A stretch of 42,165 nucleotides of DNA from contig JAEWEJ010000422.1 in NCBI GenBank assembly GCA_023389455.1, positions 1 through 42,165 of the forward strand, written 5' to 3'. Shown here one piece after another: positions 26,931-36,743 of this stretch. The translations under genes and the position numbers were made by a program. Below the pieces are notes generated by a model, which searched no databases, was not told the DNA's origin, and saw only the letters and a program-made list of their open reading frames with translations. Numbering within the stretch: position 1 is the stretch's first letter; each line of letters opens with the position of its first letter. The stretch comes from Actinomycetes bacterium. GTDB taxonomy: Bacteria > Actinomycetota > Actinomycetes > Actinomycetales > Cellulomonadaceae.

Positions 26931-28268
26931 ATGACGAGCCAGCACGTGGACCTGTGGACCGCACCCGTCGCCGACGGACCGCTCGACGCGACGGTCGCCG
27001 TGCCGGGCTCCAAGTCGCTGAGCAACCGCTACCTCGTGCTGGCCGCCCTCGCGGGCGGGCCCAGCACGCTGCGCTCCCTGCTCGTCTCGCGCGACACGCG
27101 GCTCATGGCGGCCGCGCTCGAGGCCATGGGCGTGCAGGTGGACCTCGGTGGCGACGCCGTCCGGGTCACCCCGGGCCCCCTGCGCGGGCACGTGACCGTC
27201 GACTGCGGGCTGGCCGGGACCGTCATGCGCTTCCTGCCCGCCGTCGCCGCGCTCGCCGACGGCCCGGTCCGCTTCAAGGGCGACCTCGAGGCGCTCGCGC
27301 GGCCCATGGGTCCGCTGCTGCAGGCGCTGCGCGCGCTCGACGTGCGCGTGGACGAGGAGGGCGAGCCCGGCCGGCTGCCGTTCACCGTGCACGGCCGCGG
27401 TGCCGTGCGCGGCGGGCACGTCGACGTCGACGCCTCGGGCTCCAGCCAGTTCGTCTCCGGCCTGCTGCTCGCCGCGGCCCGGTTCGACCAGGGCCTCACC
27501 GTCCGGCACACCGGGCCGACGCTCCCGAGCTTGCCCCACATCGAGATGACCGTGGCCGTGCTGCGCGCCGCCGGCGTCGTCGTGGACGACTCGCGCCCCG
27601 AGATCTGGCACGTCGAGCCGGGCGCCGTCGCCGGGCGCGACGTCCACGTCGAGCCGGACCTGTCCAACGCCGCGCCGTTCCTGTGCGCCGCGATGGTCGC
27701 CGGGGGCTCCGTGCGCGTGCCGGGATGGCCCGCGAGCACGACGCAGCCGGGAGGGCTGCTGCCGGACATCCTCACCCGCATGGGCGCGTCCGCGTCCCTG
27801 GACGGCGACGTGCTCACCGTCACCGGCACGGGTGCGGTGCACGGCGTCGACCTCGACCTGCGGGCGGCGGGCGAGCTCGCCCCGACGATCGCGGCGCTCG
27901 CGAGCCTCGGCGACTCCCCCACGCGGCTGCGCGGCATCGCGCACCTGCGCGGTCACGAGACCGACCGGCTCGCGGCGCTCGCCGCGGAGATCACGCGCCT
28001 CGGCGGGCAGGCGGAGCAGACGTCCGACGGCCTGGTCATCACGCCGCGCCCGTTGCACGCGGGGGTCTGGCGCACGTACGCCGACCACCGCATGGCCACG
28101 GCCGGGGCGCTCGTCGGCCTGCGGGTCCGCGGGGTGCAGGTCGAGGACGTGGACACCACGGCCAAGACGCTGCCCGGGTTCGTCGACCTGTGGACCGGCA
28201 TGCTCGCCGCCTCCGCGCACGACGAGCGTGTCGTGCGCGACGGCCTGACGGCCGGGCCGACGGCCTGA
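26931..28268 (+). CDS. aroA: 3-phosphoshikimate 1-carboxyvinyltransferase (EPSP synthase)
   Basis: [45 protein letters not shown] and KTLPGF. Confidence 0.97.
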   Translation: MTSQHVDLWTAPVADGPLDATVAVPGSKSLSNRYLVLAALAGGPSTLRSLLVSRDTRLMAAALEAMGVQVDLGGDAVRVTPGPLRGHVTVDCGLAGTVMRFLPAVAALADGPVRFKGDLEALARPMGPLLQALRALDVRVDEEGEPGRLPFTVHGRGAVRGGHVDVDASGSSQFVSGLLLAAARFDQGLTVRHTGPTLPSLPHIEMTVAVLRAAGVVVDDSRPEIWHVEPGAVAGRDVHVEPDLSNAAPFLCAAMVAGGSVRVPGWPASTTQPGGLLPDILTRMGASASLDGDVLTVTGTGAVHGVDLDLRAAGELAPTIAALASLGDSPTRLRGIAHLRGHETDRLAALAAEITRLGGQAEQTSDGLVITPRPLHAGVWRTYADHRMATAGALVGLRVRGVQVEDVDTTAKTLPGFVDLWTGMLAASAHDERVVRDGLTAGPTA

Positions 28269-29356
28269 TGCCGACGCGGCGCTACGACGAGCGGGACGTG
28301 CGGATCCGTCCCGGTCGAGGGTCGCGCCCCCGCACCAAGCAGCGCCCCGAGCACGCCGACGCCCGCACCGCGATGGTCGTCGCCGTCGACCGCGGTCGGT
28401 ACACGGTGCTGGTCGACCCCGGCGGGCCGGACGAGACGCGCGTGCTGGCGATGAAGGCCCGTGAGCTGGGCCGCGACCGCGTCGTGCCGGGCGACCGGGT
28501 GGACGTCGTCGGCGACACGTCCGGCGCCGAGGGATCGCTGGCGCGGATCGTGCGGATCGGCGAGCGCCGCACGGTGCTGCGCCGCACGGCCGACGACACC
28601 GACCCCGTCGAGCGCGTCATCGTGGCCAACGCCGACCGCCTGGTGGTCGTCACCGCCCTGGCCGACCCGGAGCCGCGCACCCGCATGATCGACCGCTGCG
28701 TGGCCGCGGCGTACGACGCGGGCATGGAGGTGCTGCTCGCCCTGACGAAGGCGGACCTCGCGGACCCGGCGGAGCTGACGGCCATGTACGCGCCGATCGG
28801 CGTCGACGTCGTGGTGACCCGCCGCGGTGTCGACCCGGTGACGGGCGAGCGGACCATCGAGGGGCTGGACGAGCTGCGCCAGGTCCTGTCCGGAGAGGTG
28901 TCGGTCCTCGTCGGGCACTCGGGCGTCGGCAAGTCGACGCTGGTCAACGCGCTCGTGCCCGACGCGCACCGCGCCGTCGGCGTGGTCAACGACGTCACCG
29001 GCCGCGGCCGGCACACCTCGACGTCGGCCGTGGCGCTGGAGCTGCCCGGCACGGGCGCGCCGACGTGGGTCATCGACACCCCCGGGGTGCGGTCGTTCGG
29101 GCTCGCCCACGTCGACCCCGCGCACCTGCTCGGCGCGTTCGCCGACCTCGACGCCGTGGCACGCCAGTGCCCCCGGGGCTGCACCCACCTGGCGGGCTCC
29201 CCGGACTGCGCGCTCGACGACTGGGTGGCGGACGCACCCGACGACGTCACCCGGGCGGCGCACGCGGCGCGGCTCGACTCGTTCCGCCGGCTGCTGGTCA
29301 GCCGCCTGGGCGTCGAGGACCCCGAGCCGGACGGTGACGGCGCGCGCGTCCCGTGA
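28268..29356 (+). CDS. rsgA: Ribosome small subunit-dependent GTPase A
   Basis: TKADL, GHSGVGKSTLVN, GRGRHTS, DTPG and CPRGCTH....DC zinc finger. Confidence 0.96.
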   Translation: MPTRRYDERDVRIRPGRGSRPRTKQRPEHADARTAMVVAVDRGRYTVLVDPGGPDETRVLAMKARELGRDRVVPGDRVDVVGDTSGAEGSLARIVRIGERRTVLRRTADDTDPVERVIVANADRLVVVTALADPEPRTRMIDRCVAAAYDAGMEVLLALTKADLADPAELTAMYAPIGVDVVVTRRGVDPVTGERTIEGLDELRQVLSGEVSVLVGHSGVGKSTLVNALVPDAHRAVGVVNDVTGRGRHTSTSAVALELPGTGAPTWVIDTPGVRSFGLAHVDPAHLLGAFADLDAVARQCPRGCTHLAGSPDCALDDWVADAPDDVTRAAHAARLDSFRRLLVSRLGVEDPEPDGDGARVP

Positions 29357-29455
29357 CCGGGCGGCGCGTTCGGTAGGTTGACGGCGCGGACCGCCCGCCG
29401 ACGACGGCACGGCGGGGACCGCACGCGACGCCCGCACCTGCGACGAGGAGCCCCG

Positions 29456-30235
29456 ATGGCCTACGACGACGACCTCCGGCTGGCGCACGTGGTCGCCGAC
29501 CAGGTCGACTCGCTGACGATGTCGCGGTTCAAGGCGCAGGACCTGCAGGTCGAGACCAAGCCGGACCTCACCCCCGTCTCGGACGCCGACCGCGCGGCCG
29601 AGGACCTGGTGCGCTCGCAGCTGTCCCGCGCCCGCCCGCGCGACGCCGTGCACGGCGAGGAGCGGTCCGACACCGGGCACGGTCCGCGCCGCTGGGTCGT
29701 GGACCCGATCGACGGCACGAAGAACTTCGTGCGTGGCGTGCCCGTGTGGGCCACCCTGCTGGCCCTGATGGACGGCGACGAGGTCGTGCTCGGCGTCGTC
29801 TCCGCCCCCGCGCTGGGGCGGCGCTGGTGGGCCGCCAAGGGCACCGGCGCGTGGACGGGCCGGTCGCTGTCGGCCGCGACACGGCTGCGGGTCTCGGGCG
29901 TCGAGCGCCTCGAGGACGCGTCGCTGTCCTACTCCAGCCTCACCGGGTGGGACGAGCACGGCCGTCTCGACCAGTTCCTCGACCTGCAGCGCCGGGTGTG
30001 GCGCACCCGGGCCTACGGCGACTTCTGGTCGTACATGCTCGTCGCCGAGGGTGCCGTGGACGCCGCCGCCGAGCCCGAGCTCGAGCTGTACGACATGGCG
30101 GCCCTCGTCCCCGTCGTCACCGAGGCCGGTGGGCGCTTCACGTCGCTGGACGGCGTCGACGGCCCGCACGGCGGCAACGCCGTGGTGACCAACGGGCACC
30201 TGCACGACGCGGTGCTGGCCACCCTGTCCCGCTGA
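29456..30235 (+). CDS. hisN: Histidinol-phosphatase (IMPase family)
   Basis: KPDLTPVSDAD, GEE, WVVDPIDGTKNFVRGVPVWATL and RAYGDFWSY. Confidence 0.93.
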   Translation: MAYDDDLRLAHVVADQVDSLTMSRFKAQDLQVETKPDLTPVSDADRAAEDLVRSQLSRARPRDAVHGEERSDTGHGPRRWVVDPIDGTKNFVRGVPVWATLLALMDGDEVVLGVVSAPALGRRWWAAKGTGAWTGRSLSAATRLRVSGVERLEDASLSYSSLTGWDEHGRLDQFLDLQRRVWRTRAYGDFWSYMLVAEGAVDAAAEPELELYDMAALVPVVTEAGGRFTSLDGVDGPHGGNAVVTNGHLHDAVLATLSR

Positions 30236-30258
30236 CCGACCCCGACCCGAGGAGGCCC

Positions 30259-31002
30259 GTGGACCCCGACCGTCACGCCCAGCACGCCGCGGCGTTCACC
30301 CAGCACGCCGACGAGTACGCCGCGGTGCGTCCGGGCTACCCCGACGCGGCCGTGGACCTGCTGGTGCCGTCCGACGCCCGCGACGTGCTGGATCTCGCGG
30401 CCGGCACGGGCAAGCTCACCGCCACCCTGGTCGCGCGCGGCCTGCACGTCGTCGCGGTGGAGCCCGCCGAGGGCATGCGCCGCGAGCTCGTCGCCCGGCT
30501 GCCGCAGGTCGAGGTGCACGAGGGCACGGCGGAGTCGATCCCGCTGCCCGACGCGTCGGTCGACGCCGTCACCGTCGCCCAGGCGTGGCACTGGTTCGAC
30601 GAGCCCGTGGCCGCCGCGGAGGTGGCCCGCGTGCTGCGCCCGGGCGGGACGCTCGGCATCGTCTGGAACGACCGGGACGAGGACGTGCCGTGGGTGGGCG
30701 CGTACGGCGCGCTGCTGCACCAGGCCGCCGGGCCGCAGCTGGCGCGGGGCACGCACCCGACGCTCGGCCCCGCGTTCACGGACGTCCTGCGCACCGACGT
30801 GCGGTGGGACCACGTCCTGACGCCCGAGGACCTGGTGCGGCTGGCCGGCACCCGCTCCTACGCCCTGGTCCTGCCGCCCGAGGAGCGCGCGGCGCTGCTG
30901 GAGCGCGTGCGCGCACTGGTCGCGACGCACCCGCAGACGGCGGGCCGGGACCGGATCGAGGTCCCGTACGTCACACGGGTGTACACCGCCCGTCGGCTCT
31001 GA
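30259..31002 (+). CDS. Class I SAM-dependent methyltransferase
   Basis: YAAVRPGYP, VLDLAAGTGK, AQAWHWFD and [16 protein letters not shown]. Confidence 0.92.
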   Translation: MDPDRHAQHAAAFTQHADEYAAVRPGYPDAAVDLLVPSDARDVLDLAAGTGKLTATLVARGLHVVAVEPAEGMRRELVARLPQVEVHEGTAESIPLPDASVDAVTVAQAWHWFDEPVAAAEVARVLRPGGTLGIVWNDRDEDVPWVGAYGALLHQAAGPQLARGTHPTLGPAFTDVLRTDVRWDHVLTPEDLVRLAGTRSYALVLPPEERAALLERVRALVATHPQTAGRDRIEVPYVTRVYTARRL

Positions 31003-31099
31003 CAGCCGCGTCGACGGCGTCGGCAGGGGCCACGGCCGCCGCGGACGCGGCGTCACGTGCAGGCGGCGAGCCCGGTGTGCGGGCTCGCCGCACGGCGTG

Positions 31100-31822
31100 T
31101 CAGAGCCCGAGCGCGTCGGGCAGCTCGTCGAGCGAGCGGATGACGGTGACGCCCGCGGCGGCGACCTCCGCGTCCGAGACGGGCACCCGTCGCGGTCCCG
31201 GGCGGTCCAGCCAGACGCCGACCAGCCCGGCCTCCCGCGACGCGACCGCGTCCACGTCGAGCTCGTCACCGACGTACGCGGTCCGGGCCGGGGCGGTCCC
31301 CAGTCGGCGGCACGCCTCGAGGAACACCCGGGGGTCCGGCTTGCCGAACCCCAGGGTGTCGACACCGACCAGCACCTCGAGGCGGTCCCCCAGGCCCGCG
31401 CGGGCGAGCTTCGTGGTCTGCAGGTCCTGCCGGGCGTTGCTGAGCGCACCGATCCGGATGCCGGCGTCCAGCAGCCGCGCCAGCACCGGGTCCGCGTCGG
31501 CGTGCGCGGTCCAGGCCGACCGGAACGCCTCGTCGAAGGCCTCCGACCACGCCCGGTAGCCCGCCTCGTCGAGGGTCGGACCGCCGACCGCGGCGTGCAG
31601 CTCGTTGGCGCGCGTCTTGCGCTGCTCGTGGAACGTCAGCTCCCCGCGCGTGTAGGCGCGGTAGTGCTCGCCGGCGTCGGCACGCCACAGCGCGAGCGCC
31701 TGGTCGACGTCGGCGCCCGGCGCGTACTGCGCCAGCACGGCCGCGAGCGCGACCCGGAACGCCGCGCGCGTCTCGACGAGCGTGTCGTCGATGTCGAACA
31801 GGACGCCGTCGACGACCCTCAC
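31100..31822 (-). CDS. HAD-family hydrolase
   Basis: [18 protein letters not shown] and [13 protein letters not shown] overlap with gltX. Confidence 0.92.
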   Translation of the reverse strand: MRVVDGVLFDIDDTLVETRAAFRVALAAVLAQYAPGADVDQALALWRADAGEHYRAYTRGELTFHEQRKTRANELHAAVGGPTLDEAGYRAWSEAFDEAFRSAWTAHADADPVLARLLDAGIRIGALSNARQDLQTTKLARAGLGDRLEVLVGVDTLGFGKPDPRVFLEACRRLGTAPARTAYVGDELDVDAVASREAGLVGVWLDRPGPRRVPVSDAEVAAAGVTVIRSLDELPDALGL

Positions 31823-33330
31823 AGGCTCGCGCGCAGCGCGGCGACCCGCGCCAGGGTGGCGTCCTTGCCGAGGATCTCCATCGACTCGAACAGCGGCGGG
31901 GAGACGCGCCGGCCCGTGAGCGCGACGCGCAGCGGCGTGTACGCGAACCGCGGCTTGATGCCCAGGCCGCCCTCCTCCGCCGGGGACACGAGCGCGGCCG
32001 CGAGCGCCGTCTGCACGGCGTCGGTGGTGAAGCCGTCGGCGGGGACCTCGCCCAGCACCTGCGCGGCGCGGTCCAGCACGTCGGCCGACTCGGGGCGCAG
32101 CGCCGCGCGCGCGTCCTCGGCGACCTCGAGCGCGTCGTCGGCGACGAAGAGGAAGCCGAGCATGCCGACCGCCTCGCCCAGCAGCGTCATGCGCTCCTGC
32201 ACGAGCGGTGCGCCCGCGTCGAGCAGCGCGCGGTGCTCCGCGGACAGGTCCGCGTAGGAGTCCGCCGGCACGAGCCCCGCGTGGTGCAGGTACGGCACGA
32301 GGCGGTCGCGGAAGTCCTCGGGCGCCAGCATGCGCACGTGCGCCCCGTTGATCGCCTCGGCCTTCTTCAGGTCGAAGCGGGCCGGGTTCGGGTTGACGTC
32401 CGCGACGTCGAACGCGGCGACCATCTCGTCGAGCGAGAACACGTCACGGTCGGGCGCGATGGACCAGCCGAGCAGCGCGAGGTAGTTCAGCAGCCCCTCG
32501 GGGGTGAAGCCCCGCTCGCGGTGCAGGAACAGGTTGGACTCGGGGTCGCGCTTCGAGAGCTTCTTGTTGCCCTCGCCCATGACGTACGGCATGTGGCCGA
32601 ACTGCGGCACGACGGAGCCGACGCCCAGGTCCAGCAGCGCGCGGTAGAGCACGACCTGGCGCGGGGTCGAGGACAGCAGGTCCTCGCCGCGCAGCACGTG
32701 CGTGATGCCCATGAGCGCGTCGTCCACCGGGTTCACCAGCGTGTACAGCGGGTGGCCGTTGCCGCGCACGATGACGTAGTCCGGCACCGATCCGGCCTTG
32801 AACGTGATCTCACCGCGCACGAGGTCGGTGAACGTCACGTCCTCGTCGGGCATCCGCATGCGGATGACGGCCTCGCGACCCTCGGCGCGGTAGGCGGCCT
32901 TCTGCTCCTCGGTCAGGCCGCGGTCGAAGCCGTCGTAGCCCAGCTTCGGGTCCCGGCCGGCCGCGCGGTGGCGAGCCTCGACCTCCTCGGGCGTCGAGAA
33001 GGACTCGTAGGCGTAGCCGCCCTCCACCAGACGCGCGACGACGTCGCGGTACAGGTCGTAGCGCTGCGACTGCCGGTACGGCTCGTGCGGGCCGCCGACC
33101 TCGACGCCCTCGTCCCAGTCCAGGCCGAGCCAGCGCAGCGCGTCGAGCAGCTGCAGGTACGACTCCTGGGAGTCGCGCGCGGGGTCGGTGTCCTCGATGC
33201 GGAACACGAACGTGCCGCCGACGTGGCGCGCGTACGCCCAGTTGAACAGCGCGGTGCGGATCAGGCCGACGTGGGGCGTGCCCGTCGGGGACGGGCAGAA
33301 GCGGACGCGCACAGGGCTGCTGGCGGACAA
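31819..33330 (-). CDS. gltX: Glutamate-tRNA ligase
   Basis: [14 protein letters not shown] (HIGH), [22 protein letters not shown] (KMSKS) and SPPLFES; TTG start after GAGGTG. Confidence 0.97.
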   Translation of the reverse strand: MSASSPVRVRFCPSPTGTPHVGLIRTALFNWAYARHVGGTFVFRIEDTDPARDSQESYLQLLDALRWLGLDWDEGVEVGGPHEPYRQSQRYDLYRDVVARLVEGGYAYESFSTPEEVEARHRAAGRDPKLGYDGFDRGLTEEQKAAYRAEGREAVIRMRMPDEDVTFTDLVRGEITFKAGSVPDYVIVRGNGHPLYTLVNPVDDALMGITHVLRGEDLLSSTPRQVVLYRALLDLGVGSVVPQFGHMPYVMGEGNKKLSKRDPESNLFLHRERGFTPEGLLNYLALLGWSIAPDRDVFSLDEMVAAFDVADVNPNPARFDLKKAEAINGAHVRMLAPEDFRDRLVPYLHHAGLVPADSYADLSAEHRALLDAGAPLVQERMTLLGEAVGMLGFLFVADDALEVAEDARAALRPESADVLDRAAQVLGEVPADGFTTDAVQTALAAALVSPAEEGGLGIKPRFAYTPLRVALTGRRVSPPLFESMEILGKDATLARVAALRASL

Positions 33331-33383
33331 GGAGCACCTCGGTGGTGGCAGGAACGGGATGGGTTCCAGCCTACCGAGCACCC

Positions 33384-33410
33384 GGAACCCCGCCGTCCCG
33401 CGGCTCGTTG
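33384..33410 (+). promoter_or_regulatory. SigR/SigH-type ECF promoter upstream of the small alarmone synthetase
   Basis: GGAAC-N18-GTTG, 8 nt before ATG at 33419. Confidence 0.7.
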
Positions 33411-33418
33411 GAGGAGGC

Positions 33419-34252
33419 ATGCCCGGCACGACCGCAGCACCCACGACCGCAGCACCCCTGACTCCTCACGTCCCCACCCCCGCAGCAGCGGCCTCCCCCG
33501 ACGGCGAGGCGCGAGGCGGCCCGGGGCACGACGTCGCCGCCGTGGTGCGACGGCGGGCGGCGGAGCTGGTCACCGCGGACATCGATCCCGGGAACGTCGT
33601 CGGGAAGGTGCGCGACGCGCAGCGCGAGATGGCGCGGTTCCGGATGGTCTACGAGTTCGGCATCGAGGAGATGCTGACGAAGATCCGCATCCTGCGCTCC
33701 GAGTTCCGCCAGACGCACGACCACAACCCGATCGAGCACGTCACGTCCCGGCTGAAGTCCATGGACTCGATCCTCGACAAGACGATGCGCTACGGGTGCT
33801 CGAGCGACCTGGAGACCGTCCGCGAGCGCGTCCGCGACATCGCGGGCATCCGCATCACCTGCAGCTTCGAGTCCGACGCCTACTGGGTGGCGGACATGCT
33901 GACGCGGCAGCCCGACGTGGAGGTGGTGCAGCGCAAGGACTACATCGCCGCCCCCAAGCCGAACGGGTACCGGTCGCTGCACCTCATCGTCCGCATCCCG
34001 GTGTTCCTGTCCGACCACACGGAGCACGTGTTCGTCGAGGTGCAGATCCGCACGATCGCCATGGACTTCTGGGCGAGCGTCGAGCACAAGCTCTCGTACA
34101 AGTACCGCGACGCCCTGCCCCCGCACCTGCGCGAGGAGCTCCTGGACGCCGCGGCGTCTGCGGCCGAGCTCGACGCCCGCATGGGGCGCCTGCGCGACGA
34201 GGTGCGTGACCTGGGGCACGAGGACGCGACGGGGCGCGACGCGCCGCTCTGA
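33419..34252 (+). CDS. Small alarmone synthetase (GTP pyrophosphokinase, RelP/RelQ-like)
   Basis: Syn1-4 motifs [24 protein letters not shown] and [19 protein letters not shown] tail. Confidence 0.93.
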   Translation: MPGTTAAPTTAAPLTPHVPTPAAAASPDGEARGGPGHDVAAVVRRRAAELVTADIDPGNVVGKVRDAQREMARFRMVYEFGIEEMLTKIRILRSEFRQTHDHNPIEHVTSRLKSMDSILDKTMRYGCSSDLETVRERVRDIAGIRITCSFESDAYWVADMLTRQPDVEVVQRKDYIAAPKPNGYRSLHLIVRIPVFLSDHTEHVFVEVQIRTIAMDFWASVEHKLSYKYRDALPPHLREELLDAAASAAELDARMGRLRDEVRDLGHEDATGRDAPL

Positions 34253-34289
34253 CCGTGCGTCGCCCCGCCGGGACCGGCGCGCGCACGTG

Positions 34290-35741
34290 TCAGCCGGAGA
34301 CGGGGCCGTCACGCGCCCCCGCGGCCCACACGTCGCCGGGCACGTCCCCGGGCAGCAGCGGGTTGCCCTGCCCGACGAACCTGTCGTCACGCCCTGCACG
34401 GCGCGCCGCGCGGTAGTCGGCCAGGGCCCCGAGCGCCCAGCGGGACAGCAGCACGATCGCGACCAGGTTGACCGTGGCCATGAGCGCCATGGCGATGTCG
34501 GCGAGCGCCCAGACCGTCGTGAGCGCGAGCAGCGAGCCGATGCCGACCGCCGCCAGGACGAGCGTGCGCAGCGCCGTCAGGGCCCGCCCGCGGATGCCGA
34601 GGTACGTGAGGTTCACCTCGGCGTACGCGTAGTTGCCGAGGACCGAGCTGAACGCGAACGTGAAGACCAGGACCGTCATGGGCAGCGCCGCCCACTCGCC
34701 GAGCTCGTGGGTGATCGCGTCGGACGTCAGCGCGGCGCCCGCGCTGGGGCCGGTCTGCCCGGGGACGTACACCGCCGGCCCGGCCGACAGCACGACGAAC
34801 GCCGTCGCGGAGCACACCAGCATCGTGTCGACGAACACGCCGAGCGACTGCACCAGGCCCTGCTTGACGGGGTGGGACACGGTGGCGGTCGCCGCGGTGT
34901 TGGGCACCGAGCCCATGCCCGCCTCGTTGGAGAACAGGCCGCGCTTGGTCCCGTTGAGGACGGCGGCCAGCAGCCCGCCCCCGGTGCCCGCCAGCGCGCT
35001 GTCCAGCCCGAACGCGCCCTGCAGGATCTGGCGGAGCACGTCGGGCAGGGTGGGGAGGTTCAGCGCGACGATCACGGCCGCCAGCAGCAGGTAGAACCCC
35101 GCCATGAGCGGCACGACCACCTCGGCCACGCGCGCCACCCGCCGCACGCCACCGAACAGCACGGGCGCCGCGACCACCATCAGCCCGACGGCCGTCCAGG
35201 GGGCCGGGAGCCGGTGGTTCGAGGCCAGCGTGTCGGCGATGGTGTTGGCCTGCACCATGTTGAACGCGAACCCGAACGTCACCACGAGCAGCACGGCGAA
35301 GACCGCCCCCCACCGGTACGACCCGAGCCCGCGCTGGATGTAGTAGGCGGGTCCACCGCGGTACGAGCCGTCGGGCTGGCGCACCTTGAACACCTGCGCG
35401 AGCGTCGCCTCGACGAGCGCCGTGGCCATCCCCACAGCGGCGACGAGCCACATCCAGAACACGGCACCCGGCCCGCCGAGGGTGAGGGCGACCGCGACGC
35501 CCGCGATGTTGCCCGTGCCGACGCGCGAGGCGAGGCCGACGGCGAACGCCTGGAACGACGAGATCCCGCCGGCGGAGCCCTCGCGGGACGAGAACAGCTG
35601 ACGGACCATGGCCGGGAAGAACCGCACCTGCACGAACCCCGTGCGGACCGAGAACCACAGGCCCGCGCCGACGAGCAGGTAGACGAGCCAGTACGAGTAC
35701 AGGGCGTCGGTGAGCCAGTCGATGCCGACCTGCAGGTCCAT
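34290..35741 (-). CDS. Alanine/glycine:cation symporter (AGCS/AlsT family)
   Basis: RVGTGNIAGVA, GGPGAVFWMW, YRGGPAYYI, RGLFSNEAGMGS and GVFVDT. Confidence 0.95.
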   Translation of the reverse strand: MDLQVGIDWLTDALYSYWLVYLLVGAGLWFSVRTGFVQVRFFPAMVRQLFSSREGSAGGISSFQAFAVGLASRVGTGNIAGVAVALTLGGPGAVFWMWLVAAVGMATALVEATLAQVFKVRQPDGSYRGGPAYYIQRGLGSYRWGAVFAVLLVVTFGFAFNMVQANTIADTLASNHRLPAPWTAVGLMVVAAPVLFGGVRRVARVAEVVVPLMAGFYLLLAAVIVALNLPTLPDVLRQILQGAFGLDSALAGTGGGLLAAVLNGTKRGLFSNEAGMGSVPNTAATATVSHPVKQGLVQSLGVFVDTMLVCSATAFVVLSAGPAVYVPGQTGPSAGAALTSDAITHELGEWAALPMTVLVFTFAFSSVLGNYAYAEVNLTYLGIRGRALTALRTLVLAAVGIGSLLALTTVWALADIAMALMATVNLVAIVLLSRWALGALADYRAARRAGRDDRFVGQGNPLLPGDVPGDVWAAGARDGPVSG

Positions 35742-35786
35742 GCCCGCCCCCGTCCCCAGCCCCTCAGCCGAGGCTAGGTCGGTCCT

Positions 35787-35822
35787 GGGGCTGGGGCGAG
35801 GGCTGAGGCGAGGGCTGGGGCT
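35787..35822 (+). repeat. 12-bp tandem repeat x3 (GGGCTGRGGCGA)
   Basis: ggggctggggcgagggctgaggcgagggctggggct. Confidence 0.8.
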
Positions 35823-35886
35823 CGCGAGACGTCACACGGTCGCGTGCAGCCCCGGACCACCGTCGCGGCGCGGCGGAGGGCGCGGG

Positions 35887-36675
35887 CTACGGGTTGCGGC
35901 GCAGCACCGGGTTGCGCAGCACGCCGATCTCCTCGACCTCGACCTCGACGACGTCGCGGTGCTCGATGCGCCCGACGCCCGCGGGCGTGCCGGTGAGGAT
36001 GACGTCGCCGGGCAGCAGCGTGAAGACCTCGGAGACGTAGGACACGAGGTACGCGACGTCGAAGACCATCTGCGACGTGCGGCCGTCCTGCCGGGCCTCA
36101 CCGTTGACACGGGCGGTCACGGCGAGGTCGTCGACGTCGAGGCCGGGCACGACCCACGGGCCCAGCGGGCACGAGGTGTCGAAGCCCTTGGCGCGGGTCC
36201 ACTGGTCGTCGGACCGCTGGATGTCGCGGGCCGTGACGTCGTTGGCGACCGTGTAGCCGAAGACGTGGTGCAGCGCGCGCTCCGGCGTGACGTCCTTGGT
36301 GACCTTGCCGATGACGACGGCCAGCTCGGCCTCGTGCTCGACGTGCTCGGTCCAGTCCGGCAGCACGATCGGGTCGTCCGGGCCGATCACGGAGGTGTTG
36401 GGCTTGAGGAACAGCAGGGGCGACGTGGGGACGTCGTTGCCGTGCTCGGCGGCGTGCGCCGCGTAGTTGCGCCCCACGCCGACGATCTTCGAGCGCGGGA
36501 TCACGGGGGCGAGCAGGCGCACCCCGTCGTCGTCGAGCCGGACCCGCTCCCCCGTCGGCTGCACCGGCGTGTAGATCGGGTCGCCCGTGATGACGACGAG
36601 CTCCTCGTGGCCGGGCTCGCCCTCGACGAGCGCGTAGCGGGGGTCGGAACCGTTGGTGAACCTGGCGATGCGCAC
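35887..36675 (-). CDS. Fumarylacetoacetate hydrolase family protein
   Basis: MRIARF, GRNYAAHA, FLKPNTS, EHEAELAVVIG, NDVTARD, KGFDTSCPLGP and PGDVILTGTPAG. Confidence 0.95.
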   Translation of the reverse strand: MRIARFTNGSDPRYALVEGEPGHEELVVITGDPIYTPVQPTGERVRLDDDGVRLLAPVIPRSKIVGVGRNYAAHAAEHGNDVPTSPLLFLKPNTSVIGPDDPIVLPDWTEHVEHEAELAVVIGKVTKDVTPERALHHVFGYTVANDVTARDIQRSDDQWTRAKGFDTSCPLGPWVVPGLDVDDLAVTARVNGEARQDGRTSQMVFDVAYLVSYVSEVFTLLPGDVILTGTPAGVGRIEHRDVVEVEVEEIGVLRNPVLRRNP

Positions 36676-36743
36676 GGGCCCAGCCTAGGTGCTCCGGGGC
36701 GCCGGCCCGCGGCGGTGCGGGGCGCGCGCGTGCCCGCCGTGCG

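Noticed and set aside
31003..31099. tRNA genes downstream of gltX-HAD
   Set aside because: No T-loop GTTCRA or cloverleaf visible on either strand.
33419..34252. Toxic SAS (toxSAS) toxin-antitoxin module
   Set aside because: No adjacent co-oriented antitoxin ORF, and the sequence resembles ordinary RelP/RelQ-type SAS.
35742..35886. Glycine riboswitch ahead of the Ala/Gly symporter
   Set aside because: No GGAGA...CCGAAG/CTCTCAGG aptamer motifs, and the predicted UTR is too short.
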